Part shown: one piece after another, positions 59,545-64,000 of the stretch
Numbering within the stretch: the stretch's first letter is position 1
How the letters are laid out: every line of letters starts with the position of its first letter
DNA from: the human T2T-CHM13v2.0 reference genome, Homo sapiens
Direction: 5' to 3' (one strand)
NCBI RefSeq assembly: GCF_009914755.1
Contig: NC_060946.1
DNA: 64,000 bases
Made by a program: the position numbers and the translations under genes
Notes under the pieces: generated by a model
Seen by the model: only the letters and a program-made list of their open reading frames with translations
Database searches by the model: none
Told to the model about the DNA's origin: nothing

Positions 59545-59852
59545 CTAAAGCATGTTTTGTGTGCCTGTAAAAATCTCCTGGATGAGTTGGCCCTGTCTCA
59601 GTCTGGGTCTGTTCAGTGTGTCCTCATGACTCGCCCCGGCCCCGCGTTGTTGGTTGTAATCCTGCAGAAACAATGCCATGTTTCCCCATTGATTCGTGTC
59701 AGGAGGCACACGACGATGACTTGGGCATCATGGTGACTTTGGTTACACAGCGAAGTCGGTGTCCACCAGGTCTCTCCACCATGCAGCTCTCCTTGTCTCC
59801 TTTGCATTGGATAAGTATTTTGTGGAGAGATATTGGAGACTATACCAATACT

Positions 59853-63360
<3,508 letters not shown>

Positions 63361-63908
63361 CCATGTGATTTTCAAGGGACATTGTCCAGGAGGCAGCTGG
63401 AGATGTGGTCCTCGCCCACCGAACATCACTGGGGCTGGCAAGCCCTGGCTCTTGCTTTATGAGGGTCACTCAGCAGCACAGTTGAAGTATCAAGTATCTC
63501 AGCAATGCCTGTGTTAGGGCATTGGTGAGTTAGGGAAAAGGGGAAGGAACATTGCAATTTCTAATCATTTGTCATGTTCGTGTCCCTGAGCTTATCACAC
63601 ACAGGTCTCAGATACTCAACCTTGAAATACAATGTGTCGTGCAAATTGTATCTTAGTTAAAAAAAAAAAAAAAAAAGAAAAAAAGTGGGGAAGAATATGT
63701 GGACCATCTCAGCCAGAGCTCTAGCTTGGTGGGATTTACCTTTTCTTCCTGTGACCCCTCCCACCAGGCAGCTCTGTGGTCCATTGGTGGAGATTTGTTG
63801 GGGGTCACCCTGCCTTGTTGAGAAAGACAAGACCTGGGGCTCAGAGAGAGGTGTGGCCCCCCAAGGTTGGGCCTGTGCAATGCACCTGAGAACTTCAGAG
63901 GTTAAGTG

Positions 63909-64000
63909 TGAGGACTAAACTCTGATTTTTTATCTTGCCCAAATTCCTATCTAAGGGGTCTGGGGAGCCAAGCCCTACAAACCATAAATTCTCTTCAGAG
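63909..64000 (+). mobile_element. Start of an ERV1 LTR (MER4-group-like), truncated by the window edge
   Basis: TGAGGACTAAACTCTGATTTTTTATCTTGCCCAAATTCCTATCTAAGGGGTCTGGGGAG start; subfamily uncertain. Confidence 0.55.

Overview
Primate, almost certainly human, genomic DNA (an AluYb8 with its diagnostic 7-bp duplication is present). The window holds the 5' end of MAPK1/ERK2 on the minus strand: coding exon 1 at 22838-22956, the 5'UTR to about 23196 and a CpG-island promoter, with about 22.8 kb of intron 1 to the left and about 41 kb of very Alu-dense upstream DNA to the right. Most ORF-track calls are Alu, SVA or GC-rich artefacts. The most notable structure is a single 3-kb retrotransposed chimera on the minus strand (38462-41504), bounded by a 10-bp target-site duplication (TSD) and splitting an old Alu. 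It consists of spliced MPPE1/PGAP5 5' exons, an exonised antisense Alu, about 200 bp of presumed donor intron and a full-length SVA with poly(A). This is an SVA-mediated 5' transduction that still carries an open 157-codon MPPE1-Alu fusion ORF. Other highlights are an older intronic SVA with clustered sense-strand A>G changes (ADAR-like) and a probable 3' transduction, a polyadenylated retrocopy of the 28S rRNA 3' end, a near-perfect 33-bp inverted repeat, two local tandem duplications and two fold-back Alu junctions. Repeat subfamily names come from recalled consensus features, and boundaries of old repeats are approximate.
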